Source: Dipteris shenzhenensis (Eukaryota). From it: DNA of 64,000 nt. Each line of letters starts with the position of its first letter. The first letter of the stretch is position 1. Under the pieces are notes generated by a model. The model ran no database searches. It had not been told where the DNA came from and saw nothing but the letters and a program-made list of their open reading frames with translations. The translations under genes were made by a program, and so were the position numbers. The DNA is taken from NCBI GenBank assembly GCA_047967505.1, contig CM106538.1; one strand, written 5' to 3'. Shown one piece after another: positions 39,654-52,789 of this stretch.

Positions 39654-41015
39654 GGTTTAATATTTGGGCAAGACCACGTTGAAGAAACAGAAACAAAGAG
39701 GCAGACCTCTCATTCCTTGCCTCCATAGCTCCATGCTAATAAGCCTGCATGGTTTTATCCTACAAAATGCTGCAACATGGAGCCACACATTCGAATTTTG
39801 ACGCCTACGAGGGCCTTATTACGACGCCCATGACATCTGTAGTGAGAGCAGGTTAGGAGGTCTCCGGACCGTTTCACCACCTCTAATTGAACAAGAGGAG
39901 TACGACTAGGGACCTTGTATCAAAACATCCATACATAGTTTAAGGGGAGCAGCCCTCTCGGGTAAAATTGCATGCTAATTCAAATTGTCCTGTGGTGCCG
40001 ATTTTCCCCAAATGAGAGTACTTTGCATTCAACACATACCGCTTGAAGGACAAGGAAAGGACGCCTCTGTCGGGAAGGGTCTCCAACAAATTGAAGCAGC
40101 GACCATCTTGAAAGAATCCAACAAATTGAAGCTGCGACTATCTTGAAAGAATCCTGCTGATTCGACCTCCTTCGCACTGAAGATTCTCGAGAAAGACATG
40201 AAACACAGGAAAGCCTTGGCGATTCGCAAAAGGAGCGTATGAGATGGGGCATGCAACTTTCTCTCAGTGGTGCTAGGTGGTTCGGCTTGCCTTCTAGAGT
40301 TGTTTACGTTTTTTTCCCTGTGGCAAAACCGATTGTTTTCCCATGATCTAGCTTCTAGTAGGATTTTGGGTCGCGCTTTCTTCCTGATTGAGTCGATTCA
40401 GAAGCCTCTGGAAAGCCTTTGCTCTCGAAATCCTAGGGTGATGTGGTTCTTCCGATTCCTTAGTCTCCATTTGAAGAGTTCCAATGCCCACTTAGGAAGG
40501 AGGAATTTCCCGGGCTTCGTGACTCCATCTCCATTGTGGCTCCGGTTCCCAGAAATAATGAAGGCGCTTGGACTAGAAAATCCTGAGTTTTCTTTTCTCA
40601 GGATGTAGTGCTCTAGCTCTTTTGTGCTCCAGCCAATCTTCCTAGCTTTCTTGACGCCGAAGATTTCCAAGAGCGTTCCCGCGTGTCCATGTCCATGTTC
40701 AGATGCTCAGCGGTCGCTCGTCAGAAGGAGAACAACCAGCAGCGAGGATTGCACCTTCCAAAATTCGATTGGCGTTCCAACATAGCTTCTCCCATGGTTT
40801 CTCGATTGGCAATGTTGCAAAATTCTATCTTCTCTGAAAAAGCTTGTCGTTGAATAGAGCTCCCTTCTCAGAAGCCGAAGTTCGGCAGAGAGTTGAGGAA
40901 GTTGAGCGAGCCAGTGCATCTTTCTTACGTTAGACTATCTTCATACGTTAATAGTTATACGATCATAACTTTTATCTTTCATTGTTTTGTTAGCACTGCC
41001 TTTCATTGTTTTGTT

Positions 41016-41238
41016 AGCACTGCCTTCCACCCAGAGCTATAATCTTTTCATTAAAAAAGTGTCCCACACCATTTTTCGCCACGTGGCCTCCTACTATCTT
41101 TGTTCTCTCTCTCTCACTCTTCACTCTCGGAGTTTGCAAATCATTCGAGCTTCCATCACAGCTGTTGCAAATTAATCATTCATTCATCTTGACAATTGTT
41201 TTCCTTTGACAGAACCAATTGAAGGCAGTGCTCACGAG
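41016..41238. mobile_element. Short TIR element (MITE-like), copy 1, left end damaged
   Basis: AGCACTGCCTTC (41016-41027) / GAAGGCAGTGCT (41221-41232), followed by CACGAG|TA. Homologous to 58030-58338. Confidence 0.65.
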
Positions 41239-42856
41239 TACTTGTACTCACTTGTTATCTTTTTTATCTTTAACCTATTAACCACGGACACCAAAAACAA
41301 AAGGAGAGGACACGTTGCAGCTTGGAGGAGAAGAGCTTGCCACGGTCACAAAGAAGGAGGCTTAAAGGGGGGAGGAGGTGAAAGACAAGAGGAGCTTTAG
41401 GGAGAAGGTGTTGAGAGGAAGAGAAAGAGGAGAGAGAAGGACACGAGAGTTGTGTTGAAAGGAAGAGAAAGAGGAGAGAGACCGACACAAGAGTTGCTCC
41501 CAAGAAAGTAATTCTATTCATAGATCATAGGCATATATATAGTTAAGGACTAAGCTATATATAGCTCTAACACCCCCACTCAAACTAGCTACGGATGAAA
41601 AAAAACCCTTGGGGAGTACAAGGGAAAAACCCGAGCCACTATATATATCTATGTGAATATATATACAAAGGATGGCCATATGCCATTTTGAATGATACAG
41701 TGTAATGCTGGATGATACAGTGCAAATTGCATGTGGATAGTACAAGGGCATAAGACAAGCACTTGTCCATAGTACAGTGCAAAGTATAGGCACTATGTTT
41801 GGTGCATGATACAGTGAAAAGTATGTGTGAAAAATAGAAAAATATTCCTGGAAATCTCAACTTGTTTGACATAGTGAGATGATGCATAATCAGGGCTTGA
41901 GATCTTCAAGTTCGATGTTTGAGCTCTTCATCTAAATAGTAGAGCTTGTTGTCTCCAAGTTCAATTCGGTCAAACCTCCTCAAACCTTTGTAATTATGCC
42001 TTCATATTTTGCACAATTCATCCACATAAAATGACCTATTTCATGCAGTGTACATGAACACAACAAATATTCAAGTGTCCGTTTCTATTATACCAACTAG
42101 AGTGCTTGGCCAGCTGGGCTCTTGATGAATACTTCTCTCTTTTGCTATCTTGTTGAGGCTGGTGGAATTTACCTTGTCTGCGTCCATGTCTTATGCTGCA
42201 ATGTCCCGAGCTTTCTGATTCTCTGCACCTGTTCTCGACAACAGACAAGATATTAAAACCATTTTCCTTGCACGCATGTTTGACGTAACATATTCATGAC
42301 TTGCCTCTGCCTTTTTCAATCTCTGGTAGTGAATACCTTTATGCGCGTGGTTGTGTTGTCGGCTGTGAGAACTGTCGTTGAATTGGTCTGAATATGTCTG
42401 GATGTGGGCAATGTAGTATGCGCAGCCTCGTCCTCTCAGTCACTCTGGACAACATCACGTATGCTAGGCCAGGGGCAAACACTCCTCGAAATATGAGCAG
42501 CGCTTTGTTGGATATGGTTGCGCCTTGGGATTTGTGTCCCGTGATAGCGTATGCTAGGGTTAGTGGAAATGTGGACTTGTGGAACCATTTTCCATTTATT
42601 GCCTTCCGCTGATGCTTCGAGTGTCGTAATGTGAGCACGGCCGCTGTTGTCTCCACGACGACAGTGATACCGTTGATTTCCCCCCTGCTAGTTGCATTGA
42701 TGCTCTTGATTTTGCACATTACTCCATTTGCGGCACCTATTGCGAGGTCGATGTTTTCCGTTATCATTGCCTTCGCCCCCACGCAAATTTTTCCTATCTC
42801 GTTGAAGCTTTTGTCCTCCAACCATTCTTTGAGAGCTGGTTCGCTCGCGGCGTTAC

Positions 42857-45800
42857 TGAGAGTGCTCTCAACAGAAGCAAGAATGGAAGAAGGAGAGAGA
42901 GCGAGAGAGAGAGACAGAGAGCCACACAAGTTTTGGTGGGTGCAGAACCACCCTAATCTTCTTTTTCATTCATTTATATATGTGTTTGAGTATTGTACAT
43001 AACTGGGGTTAAGGCACAGTGACCTTTAACCCCACAACCTCCCACTTAAAGGACAATGTGCCTTTAAGGGAGAACAACCAGTGAGCATACTATCCAATGC
43101 CCATCAATACACGACAATACTCAAACCGCTGACTAGGTAGACTCTTCGTCAGCATATCTGCAGGGTTATCATCTGTATAAACCTTGACAAGCTCTATGCG
43201 CTTGTCCTCAAGTACCTCCCTGATGAAATGGTACCTGACCTCAATGTGTTTGGTCTTTGCATGAAAGACCGGATTCCGTGCTAGCTGAATAGCACTCATG
43301 GAATCACTATGCAATGTCGGTATACCTGTATGAATCCCCAAATCTCCCACTAGCCGATCAAGCCATATAGCCTCCTTGCAACCCTCTGTGGCTGCAACAT
43401 ACTCAGCCTCTGTGGTAGACAAAGCAACGCACTTCTGTGCGCGAGACATCCACGACACTGCACCACCTGCAAAGGTGAACACATAACCAGAAGTGGATCT
43501 CCTACTATCCACATGCCCTGCATAGTCTGAATCTGTGTACCCAAGTACACGCATGTCTCCTTTACCAAAGCAAATGCACATCTCCTTGGTACCCTTCATG
43601 TACCTCATGATGCACTTAACTGCCTCCCAATGCCTCTTTCCTAGATTAGCCATATACCGGCTAACAACTCCCACTGCAAATGCAATGTCTGGTCTAGTAG
43701 CTATCATAGCATACATAAGACTCCCAACTGCTGATGCATAAGGAACCTTGGCCATCATGGCCCTCTCCTCATCTGATTTGGGACTATCTGTATGACTCAG
43801 TTTCACATATGGAGGCAATGGAGTACTCACTGCCTTCCCCCCCTCCATATTGAAACGCTGTAATACTTTTGTAACATACTCTTTTTGTGAAAGCCAAAGG
43901 AGTTTCCTACTCCGATCACGCGTGATGCGCATACCAAGAATATGACCTGCAAATCCCAAATCCTTCATATCAAAGGCCTCATGCAACTTGGCCTTTAATG
44001 CATCTAGCTCATAAGTATTCTTGCTAGCCAATAGCATATCATCCACATATAGTGCCAGGATTATTAGGCTATTATCCTTAGCCCTTTTAGTGTAGAGGCA
44101 GTGATCAATTTCACTCCTTCTGAAACCCTGGGACCGAATGAAAGCATCAAACTTCTGATACCATTCTCTAGGCGCTTGCTTAAGACCATAGAGACTCTTC
44201 TTCAGCTTGCAAACTAAATGCTCTTTGCCCTTTTCTTCAAAGCCTTCCGGCTGCACCATGTAAATTTCCTCATGCAAATCCCCATGCAAGAAAGCTGTCT
44301 TGACATCCATTTGCATAAGCTCCATATCCTCTACTGCCACTAGTCCAAGCATGCATCTAAGTGTGGTCATCTTCACAACCGGAGAGAATATCTCATCAAA
44401 GTCCACACCCTTCTCTTGCTTGAACCCTTTAGCAACCAATCGGGCCTTGTACCTAGGCACATCATCACCTGTGACCTTCATTTTGTAGACCCATTTACAT
44501 GGCAATGCTTTCTTTCCATGTGGCAAAGAAACCAAGTCCCAAGTCTTATTCTTCATAAGTGAACTCATCTCTGATTGCATAGCATACTCCCACTTGCGTT
44601 GATCCTCACGCATCATAGCCTCTTTGTAGCAAGAAGGCTCCCCGCAATCAGTAAGCATCACATAGTCTACCCCTGGAACAAACCTATCAGGCGGTCTAGA
44701 CACTCTAGATGATCTTCTCAATGGCATTTCAGCTTGCTGTCCCACTTGCATATCAGCCACATTTGGCTCATCATTTCCACCAATAGATGATCCATCATCT
44801 ACCCTTGATTGTATACCTGTGGGAGTACTTGGTTGTACCATTTCTTGCACATTTGGTGCATGGACAGCTTGCTGTCTATCAACATATGCAGGTGGATTCA
44901 CATCCTGGAAAGTGATTCTCCTCATTTCCACATCCCTCATGGGTGCCTTATGCATCTTCTTCTCATTGAAGACCACATCATGGCTGCGTATGATCTTCTT
45001 TGCTTCTGGATCCCAGAGACGATAGCCCATCTCTCCACTTTCACCATAACCTAGAAAGATGCATTTCCTAGACTTAGGATCTAGCTTCTTTCGAAGCTCT
45101 TTTGGCACATGTGCATATGCCTCACACCCAAATATACGCAAATGAGAGTAAGAGGGCTTCTTGCCACTCCATGCCTCTTCAAGAATACCACCATCCAAAC
45201 TCTTACTAGGTGATCTATTGATCACATGCACTGCAGTCTTCATTGCCTCAGCCCAAAAACCACCAGAAAGACTTGCATTGGAAAGCATGCATTGCAACCT
45301 TTCTTGAATGGTACGATTCATCTTTTCTGCAACTGGATTTTGCTCTGGAGTACGAGGGGATGTAAGCTCCCTCTTAATCCCACGAGTATCACAGAAATGC
45401 TAAAAGTCATGAGAGAGATACTCTCCACCATTGTCAGTCCGTAGGCATTTAAGCGTTCTACCTGACTGATTCTCAACCAAGGCCAGCCATTTCTGAAATA
45501 CCTGGAACACATCACTCTTCCGAGCTATAGCATAAGCCCACACTTTCCTAGTTGCATCATCAATGAATGTCACATAGTATTCAGCCCCGCCTAATGACCG
45601 TGTAGGCATGGGACCACATGCGTCTGAATGCACCAAATCAAGCATTTCAAACTCTTTCTTTCCCCTTCTTTTATGGGCTGATTTAGTCTGCTTCCCATAG
45701 AGACAATGCTCACAAAATTCAAAATCAGAGAAACTCAAATGCGGTACATAACCCAAACGGCATAAGAGTTTCATTCCACTCTAGCTCATGTGCCCCAACC

Positions 45801-48761
45801 TGCAATGCCACAAAGAAGTGCTTGGCTGCTCGGTTATTGCAACAACATGATCAAATACCCCTGATACATGTAAGGGATACAAAGTCCCACACTTGGCACC
45901 CCTGGCCAAAAGCATAGAGCCCTTTTGAATTTTCCAACTCTGAAAGCCAAAAGTGGTGTGAAAACCAGCATCATCTAGCTGACCCACTGAAATAAGACTC
46001 TTGGTCAGCTTAGGCACATGTCTCACATGTTTCAAAACAAATGCAGACCCATTTGCAAAAGAAAACTTTATGTCACCTGCTCCCACTATGTCACATGCAT
46101 AGTCATTTCCAAGATGCACACAACCTGTCTTTCCACTATCATAAGTGGAGAACCATTCCCTATGGGGAGTAACATGGAATGAAGCACCAGAATCCAAAAT
46201 CCAATCCTGGGAATATGCATCATTTGAAGTGGTAAGCAACTCTGTAGATAAAGTAGACATGAAGAGAACATCATTGTCACTATCACGTGTGACTGCATTG
46301 ATCTCCTCGATCTTCACTTTTCCTTTGTCCTCCCTTGGAGACTCTTCCTTTTGATTTGCACCCCAATTTGCATTCTTTTTCTTATCCTTTTGCTCTCTTT
46401 TCAGCTTGTAGCAATCCTTTTTCATATGGCCCTTCTTGCCACAGTGGTAACACTCAATGTTCCGTGCCTTGGATTTGCTACGAGACTTCCCTCTTTCTTG
46501 GGACTTCCCCCTGAACTGTGATCTGCCCCTTTGCACATTTAAGGCTGCATCCTGCTTGTTGCCATCCATAGACTTCCGTCTAATCTCCTCGGCCAACAAG
46601 CTACCCACAACATCATCAAATTTCAGTGCTCCACCAGGTGCAGAGTTACTGACAGCTGTACGGAAGGTATCCCATGAGGATGGCAATGAACATAAGAGAA
46701 ATATTGCCTTAGTCTCCGCATCAAAATTCATTTTCTGAGCCTGAAGCTGGCTGAAAATAATATTGAATTCATTCAAGTGAGAAGCAATGGAGACCCCTTC
46801 CTTCATCTGCAGCTCAAACAACCTCTTCATGAGGTAAACTTTATTAGAGGCAGTTTCCTTCTCATAAGTGGCACACAGTTTCTTCCACAAATCTTCCGTA
46901 GTCTGCTCATTTACTACTGTGAAATAAACTGACTCTGCAAGATGAAGTCTAATAGTAGACTTTGCTAATGCATCCAACTCATTCCAATCATCCTCAGACA
47001 TATTTGCAGGCTTAGCTTCAATCCCTGCCAAGGGTTTAATCTGCTTCTTTTGAATAAGCACATCCCTTATTTGTTCTTTCCACAAAGAAAAGTTTGTCCC
47101 ATCGAACTTTTTAATGCTGAAAAACTCCTTTTCAGGCATGGAAGAGGATGCCATGATGCAAATGAAACAAAATGCCAAATGCTAGTGCCTGCAAGAGAGA
47201 ATCACACCAAATACCAGGTGCACCCAAATGTGTATGCCACAATAGAGTGAAATATCACCAAAACTCAAAACTCAAAGCATCTGACTCATGTGCATATACT
47301 ATGCATCCATATGAGCAAATCTGGCCCAAAAGAAAATGCCAATAAGTGCCAAATGACTCAAGCATAAACACTGTCCACTGGCATATGCATCAATAATGTC
47401 TCATCCAAGAGAGCATATCACTATCAGTGCGTCACCTGCAATGTGTCAAAGCTGTCCCTCAGCATAAAATAGCATCCATGTGCAAAGCGTCCATAAAAAT
47501 AGCATCCCACAAGGCAATTTGGGCCTATCAGCGCATCCAACAAGGACCGCAATGCATCCAAATGGCCTATAAATCATCCACTGCAACCCAATGCATACCA
47601 CGAATGAGCACACACTGCTCAAACTGCAACCAGAGTGATCTGCATAAGGTATGCTCAAGAAATCATAGTCCCACGGTAATGAGCGCTACTGAAAATAGAA
47701 CCTGAGATGCTTCAAAACATGGGCGCCATTGCATAATCGGACTCAGCAAGAAAATCTGCAAATATCTCTCTTCTGCCAGAACTCCAAAATCCCAACCGAT
47801 GAGTGAGAAATGGGAGTCAACACTTATCCACTGCCATGTGGCATAAATCTAAGGTTTCAAAACCTTAGTATGAAAAATGCATAACAGAGAGACGAAATCG
47901 AATACACAGAGATTTATAACTTTGAAAATCCTCCACCGAATCACGCAAGAACTGATAGGTAGGGGTTTTTGGGCGTCCGGAACGCAATGGGACAGACGGT
48001 TTTGGAAACCGTGGTCTCAATCACTGGGTCCAACACACGGACTGAAAAACGTTTTTGGAAACAGAGCTATCTGTAAACTCCACCGGAGTGCGAATGATGA
48101 GCAACATAGAAGTTTTAGGACCTCCTGAGTCCACCGGAACTGACAGATCTGCAAATGGTTGCTCCAAACTTGAGTTCCAACACCCGGGCAAAAAACGCAG
48201 GAACTGACACAGTGAGTCAGAAATCCACTGAAATGATCCCAGATTCAAGAACGAAAGTGTTTCCAAGCTCCTGAAGTAATGTGGACACCAAAAGCAAGCA
48301 ATAGTTGCCTCTACAAGTCAATACGGAGTCTCTGTCATCGAACGGAACAGGGAAAAGCTCAAAAAACGACTTTTTCTTTGAAAGCTCTTAACAGGCTCTC
48401 AAAACCACTTCGCAAAGCCAAAGTGACTTTTCCAAAGGTTCCTCCAAGGTCTCTGCACACTCGGATGCAAGTAAAGTCACCCACAAAGCTTCCCACAGAG
48501 CTTCTCCTTCCTCCCACAGAGCTGCTGAGCTTCAAAGCATTCACGCACGCTCAGCTAGATCACCCGGGCTCTGATACCAGTTGAGAGTGCTCTCAACGGA
48601 AGCAAGAATGGAAGAAGGAGAGAGAGCGAGAGAGAGAGACAGAGAGCCACACAAGTTTTGGTGGGTGCAGAACCACCCTAATCTTCTTTTTCATTCATTT
48701 ATATATGTGTTTGAGTATTGTACATAACTGGGGTTAAGGCACAGTGACCTTTAACCCCACA
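42857..48761 (-). mobile_element. Full-length Ty1/Copia copy B inserted in the helicase
   Basis: 180-bp LTRs (42857-43036, 48582-48761) differing at 1 position. TSD GTTAC (42852-42856 / 48762-48766). PBS at 48568-48579; PPT next to 43037. Confidence 0.98.
43090..47178 (-). pseudogene. Copia gag-pol (1362 codons, one frame) with two in-frame nonsense codons
   Basis: ORFs 45781-47178, 45400-45774 and 43090-45321 share one frame. TAG at 45781-45783 and 45400-45402 corresponds to CAG in copy A. RNase H motifs YTDSDYAG and KHIEVRYHF. Confidence 0.95.
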
Positions 48762-50905
48762 GTTACTGTGTATTTTAACATGCACAATCATCTCGAGAGT
48801 GTTGAATTTCTCCACAAGCTCATCGTTGAAGGTAGCGACATCGACTCTGTGCGTGCAAATGATGGTTGTTTCGGCATCAATGAAGTGGCATGCACCTTCC
48901 TTCTCGACAATGCACTGCCCCAAACAGTCGGAAATCTCGTCAATTGTGGGCGTCCTGAGTCTTATGGTATGCAAGAATGCCAGGAACGGCATGTCTCGTG
49001 CATGTCGCACCGAGAATTGCATGTGGTACATTTTCGCTGCAGGCCAGTGCGTGGAGGACGTGATGTGGCACGGCTCGCAGAGATCCTCGCGGTGTTTGCA
49101 GACTGGCGGTAATTGCGCCAGGTCACCAAAAATTATGAGCATTTTGTGTCTGAATGGCTCATGCAATGTGCCATTAGTGACATTGACGATTTGTCTTACC
49201 ACAAGATCGAAAGTCATCCTTGTTAGCATGGACATCTCGTTAATGATGATCGCGTTGGCTTCCTTGATTGCGAGGTGTCACTCATCCGTCTCATGGATGT
49301 TCAGTGGGTACTGACTGTGCGCACAAGGATGTTGAATTGGTAGTGTACAGTGGTTGCAATCCCGTTCAGCCGCGTCGCAGCCGCCCCTATTGATGCACAG
49401 AGTATTGCCGTTTTGTTTTGTGCTACCAGATGCGAAACATAGTACCGTATCAAGAAGCTTTTGCTGCTACCTGGTGTTCCACAGACAACGTGCAGCCCCG
49501 AGCTCGTTGAAGCCAGGCTTTCGAAGACTCTTTGTTATTCTACTGTCAATGCGGCATTGGCGACGGTGCGAAACTCGGCCATTTTTTCCAACATCCTCGC
49601 GCATGTTGGCCCTTCGACGGTTTGCTGGTCGATGTTAGGCGCTTCCATCGGGCAATCTCGGATGATCGCAACCTTTTGCAATATCATATTGATCAACTGG
49701 TCTGTGTGGTCAGTCGCTAGCAAGTTCCTTTGCGTGTATTCGGTCACATACATCTCGAGGTCCTCGTTGCTCAATATGAGGCCGCGCATTTGGCATTCGA
49801 CAAAGTAGGTGATGTCCAGGGTGGTAGTCAGTGAATCTGACTACTCACTCACATTTTGCGATCCTGTTGCCGAAGAGGTCAAGACCGACCGTTCCACGTT
49901 GCGTTGCGAGGAGTCGACATAGTGAACGATCTCGCTCCTTATGATTGTTGGTATCTGCATGCAGTTTAGCGCGGCTTCTGTTGGAGAGGTTGGTTTTGAT
50001 AGGAGGCTCGCGGCGATGAGTTTCAGCTTTACTTCGTCGAGATGTTGCAACCCCAAACGCGAGGCGTCTTCTGAACGGATGTTCAGTTTGCCCATTGGTT
50101 CAGATTTCATCGCGTACTTGAGGAGGTAGTGAGAGATTGAAGAGTTTGTCACCCGCTGTATGTTCATGTGCACACCCCACAACAGTAACACGGAAGGGTG
50201 GTAAGGGACGACGTTTCGGTGCTCATGTCCCGGCCGGTAATACAACCAACGTTGCGTCAGAGGGTCAAGGATGGGTTCATATTCTGGCTGTGTTGCGAAA
50301 GGGAAGCCGTGCTTGCAACTGTGGTGTGACGGTCCGACGTAGCACGCTTTCCTGCATATGTGCAATTGCTTCCTGAGAACTAGTTCTCGCAGCCTTGTGT
50401 TTCGAGGATCCAGGGCCTCGTCCCTGGGGACGTAAGCCGCAATCTCATTTGCAATTCGCTGACAGTCATCATGGTGGACCCACAATATGACATGGGCATG
50501 TAGGGAGCCCCTATTTTGTATCTCATAACAAACGACATGGTGTTGTATTCGGCCAAGCAGACCGTCGGATGAAAGCAAATGCTTGCGCATGAACATGTGG
50601 AAGCGTGCGTGGAAAAGTGCCACGCATTCAACAGGACAGTCCTTCCAAGTGAATTGCGCATTATAATGTGTTGCGATGCTCTCGATCACATTAATTTCTT
50701 GCCACCGTGTATCGGTGACCTCGTCTGCAGTGAATGTCAGAAAGAAATCTGGGAGGCCCCAAGCATCGACCATCGTTACGAGGTCCTTCAGTTGCCGTCG
50801 ATGCCACGATGGGGACCCCGGCATTGTTGATGGCATGCTGTAGCGAAGCACGTGTCTCATTGCGTCTTCATCGGTCGTGGCAGGGTTGGCTTTCCTATAT
50901 TGGTC

Positions 50906-51351
50906 CCCAGGGGATTCACAAGAGGAAACTTATGATATCACGTGAGTGTACAATAGGGAGGTTTTTTTAATGAGGCATAAGCTTATAAATTAGGGGTGGG
51001 GGGCCTTTTATTTTTTCCCAATATTGAATTTAAGTTAGGGGGGCCATGCCATATTTAAGAGGGGGGGACATAGTATAGGCTACCTTGGGTGACTAGTCCA
51101 AACAAGTTTGGTTTTGTGTATGGTTTTAAATCGTCATAGTGAAAGTAATCTAAATTTGCTTATTGTGTGATCTAAATGCTTGAGAAAGAACGTAGATTTA
51201 AGGAAAGGGGGGACATAATAGAATTTTGGAGGTATCTTATAAGCTTAAATAGGGGTGTTTTATCATCCTACATGGATCTTAAATAGGGGGTTTTCTTGAA
51301 GTTCATGCACGCAGGTGACGTCCCCCTTTCATGAAGAGTGAATCCCCCAGG
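50906..51351. mobile_element. 446-bp MITE with 8-bp TSD, inserted in the Rep gene
   Basis: TSD TATTGGTC (50898-50905 / 51352-51359). Imperfect 14-bp TIR cccaggggattcac / gtgaatcccccagg. Removal restores the frame (DIDQY-RKANPATTDEDA-MRHV). Confidence 0.9.
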
Positions 51352-52789
51352 TATTGGTCGATGTCTCGTTGCAAGCATGTAGAGTTGCTTGAATTGGCAA
51401 TCATCACTGCCTGTTTTAACTGGAACATGATCAACAGGTACGGCTTGTAGAGCGTGTAGATAGAGAATAAGGTGCATATTCTCATTTTCACATAGTTGCT
51501 GAACTGTATGCAGCCATCATAGTAGCCCCGTCCGAAAGGGAACAGGAACGGGAACACTGCTAACTCCATGGTTATGTCAACGCACGCACTGCCAGCTGCT
51601 GCTACTCCATCGACGTGGAATGAAGCGACCCTCTCTGAAAGCATTTCTGTACCCCGTAGCTGTATGGAGGCAAACTCATGCTTGTCCCTTGCATCAAAGG
51701 TGCGACGGTTCGCGGGGTCCACCATGTTTTGCAAAAGCAGGAGCTCAGGCTGAGATTCCGCTATTGACATTAACTCGAAGGGAGCTGTCTCATCGTGTAG
51801 TTCCAAGATACCTGCAATGGTTTGAGGACTCAAGATGCACATACCCATCTTGATGTCCGCATGCTCTACTAAAGAATTGTACTTGCGCAATATTGGATTG
51901 TTCTCGATGTTGTATGCGAGCACACCTGATAGCTCGTTCGTCACGATTTCTTGAGCCGAGCTTAGTGGGACGTTTCGCCAAGATATCAAAGGATTGTCTA
52001 GAAGTGACCTTCGATTGAGTGTGCCACGAGCAATCACATTTGCAGTCGTGGTAACTGAAATGGATACATCTATGATGCTTAGCAGTTGCGTGTGGAGGTG
52101 GTTTGTTTTAAGCAACTGCCGAGAGTACTGTGGCATCAACCGCACAATGTATCTGCTCCGCTGGGCATCTCGTGTGCAGCTTTGGCATTTCCAGTAAGTC
52201 ACTTGCATGCCCATATTCTCGCAGGCTCCTTTAGTAATTATTTGTCAATGCTGCGAGCTTCTAGCGAGCTAGAGAATGTCAAAATTTCTCATCAGCATTT
52301 TAGTACTTTTGTCTATCGACCTATATGCACTATTGATTGGAAATTCTGAGTTGTAAAAGGGGGTTCACATCCCAACCTACAACGAAACAAGGTTGTGGCG
52401 AGCCAATGCAACCTACAACGGAAATTAGAAGCAATTGTAGAAATTATAGCTAAAGAACTAGAGGATCTCTCGTTGCAAGCCCACACCGCAGAACCAGCAA
52501 CCAATAAATCAACTTTTGCTGCAGTTTTGTAAGCTGCAGCAGCTTTGTTCTTCAGGACTTTAATTCCTCTGCCATTGAGCTCTTGCAGCACGAACCATGA
52601 AATGTGTAAATAAGATACAAAGTAAAGTAGCAGGAACCATGAAATGTGTAAATAAGATACAAAGTAAAGTAGCAGGAGGACACGTAGACAAGATCCAGCA
52701 GGAGCAGTAGCGGCAGTAAGAAACGTCCACACAAGATACCATCCAGAGGGCGCGAGATAGTACCAGTGAGTATGTGCCGAAAGGCAGCG

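Larger units (their letters stand above)
42339..52214 (-). pseudogene. Helitron-like Rep (HUH)-PIF1 helicase gene of Helentron/Helitron2 type, interrupted
   Basis: FPFLFPFGRG; Rep motifs PDFFLTFTADE, YEIQNRGSLHAH (50492-50527) and YLLKYAMK. Helicase motifs: Walker A relic GTPGSSKS (49457-49480), Walker B relic IIINEMSM, FGDLAQLPPV, FPLTLAYAITGHKSQG and YVMLSRV. Confidence 0.93.

Noticed and set aside
42857-42929. N-terminus MCGSLSLSLAL... of the 196-aa helicase ORF
   Set aside because: It derives from the Copia LTR; the true upstream coding sequence resumes at 48767.
45400-45783. Programmed stop-codon read-through in Copia B
   Set aside because: Copy A has CAG at both sites, and the stops lie inside the GAG-pre-integrase/integrase region rather than at a gag/pol boundary.
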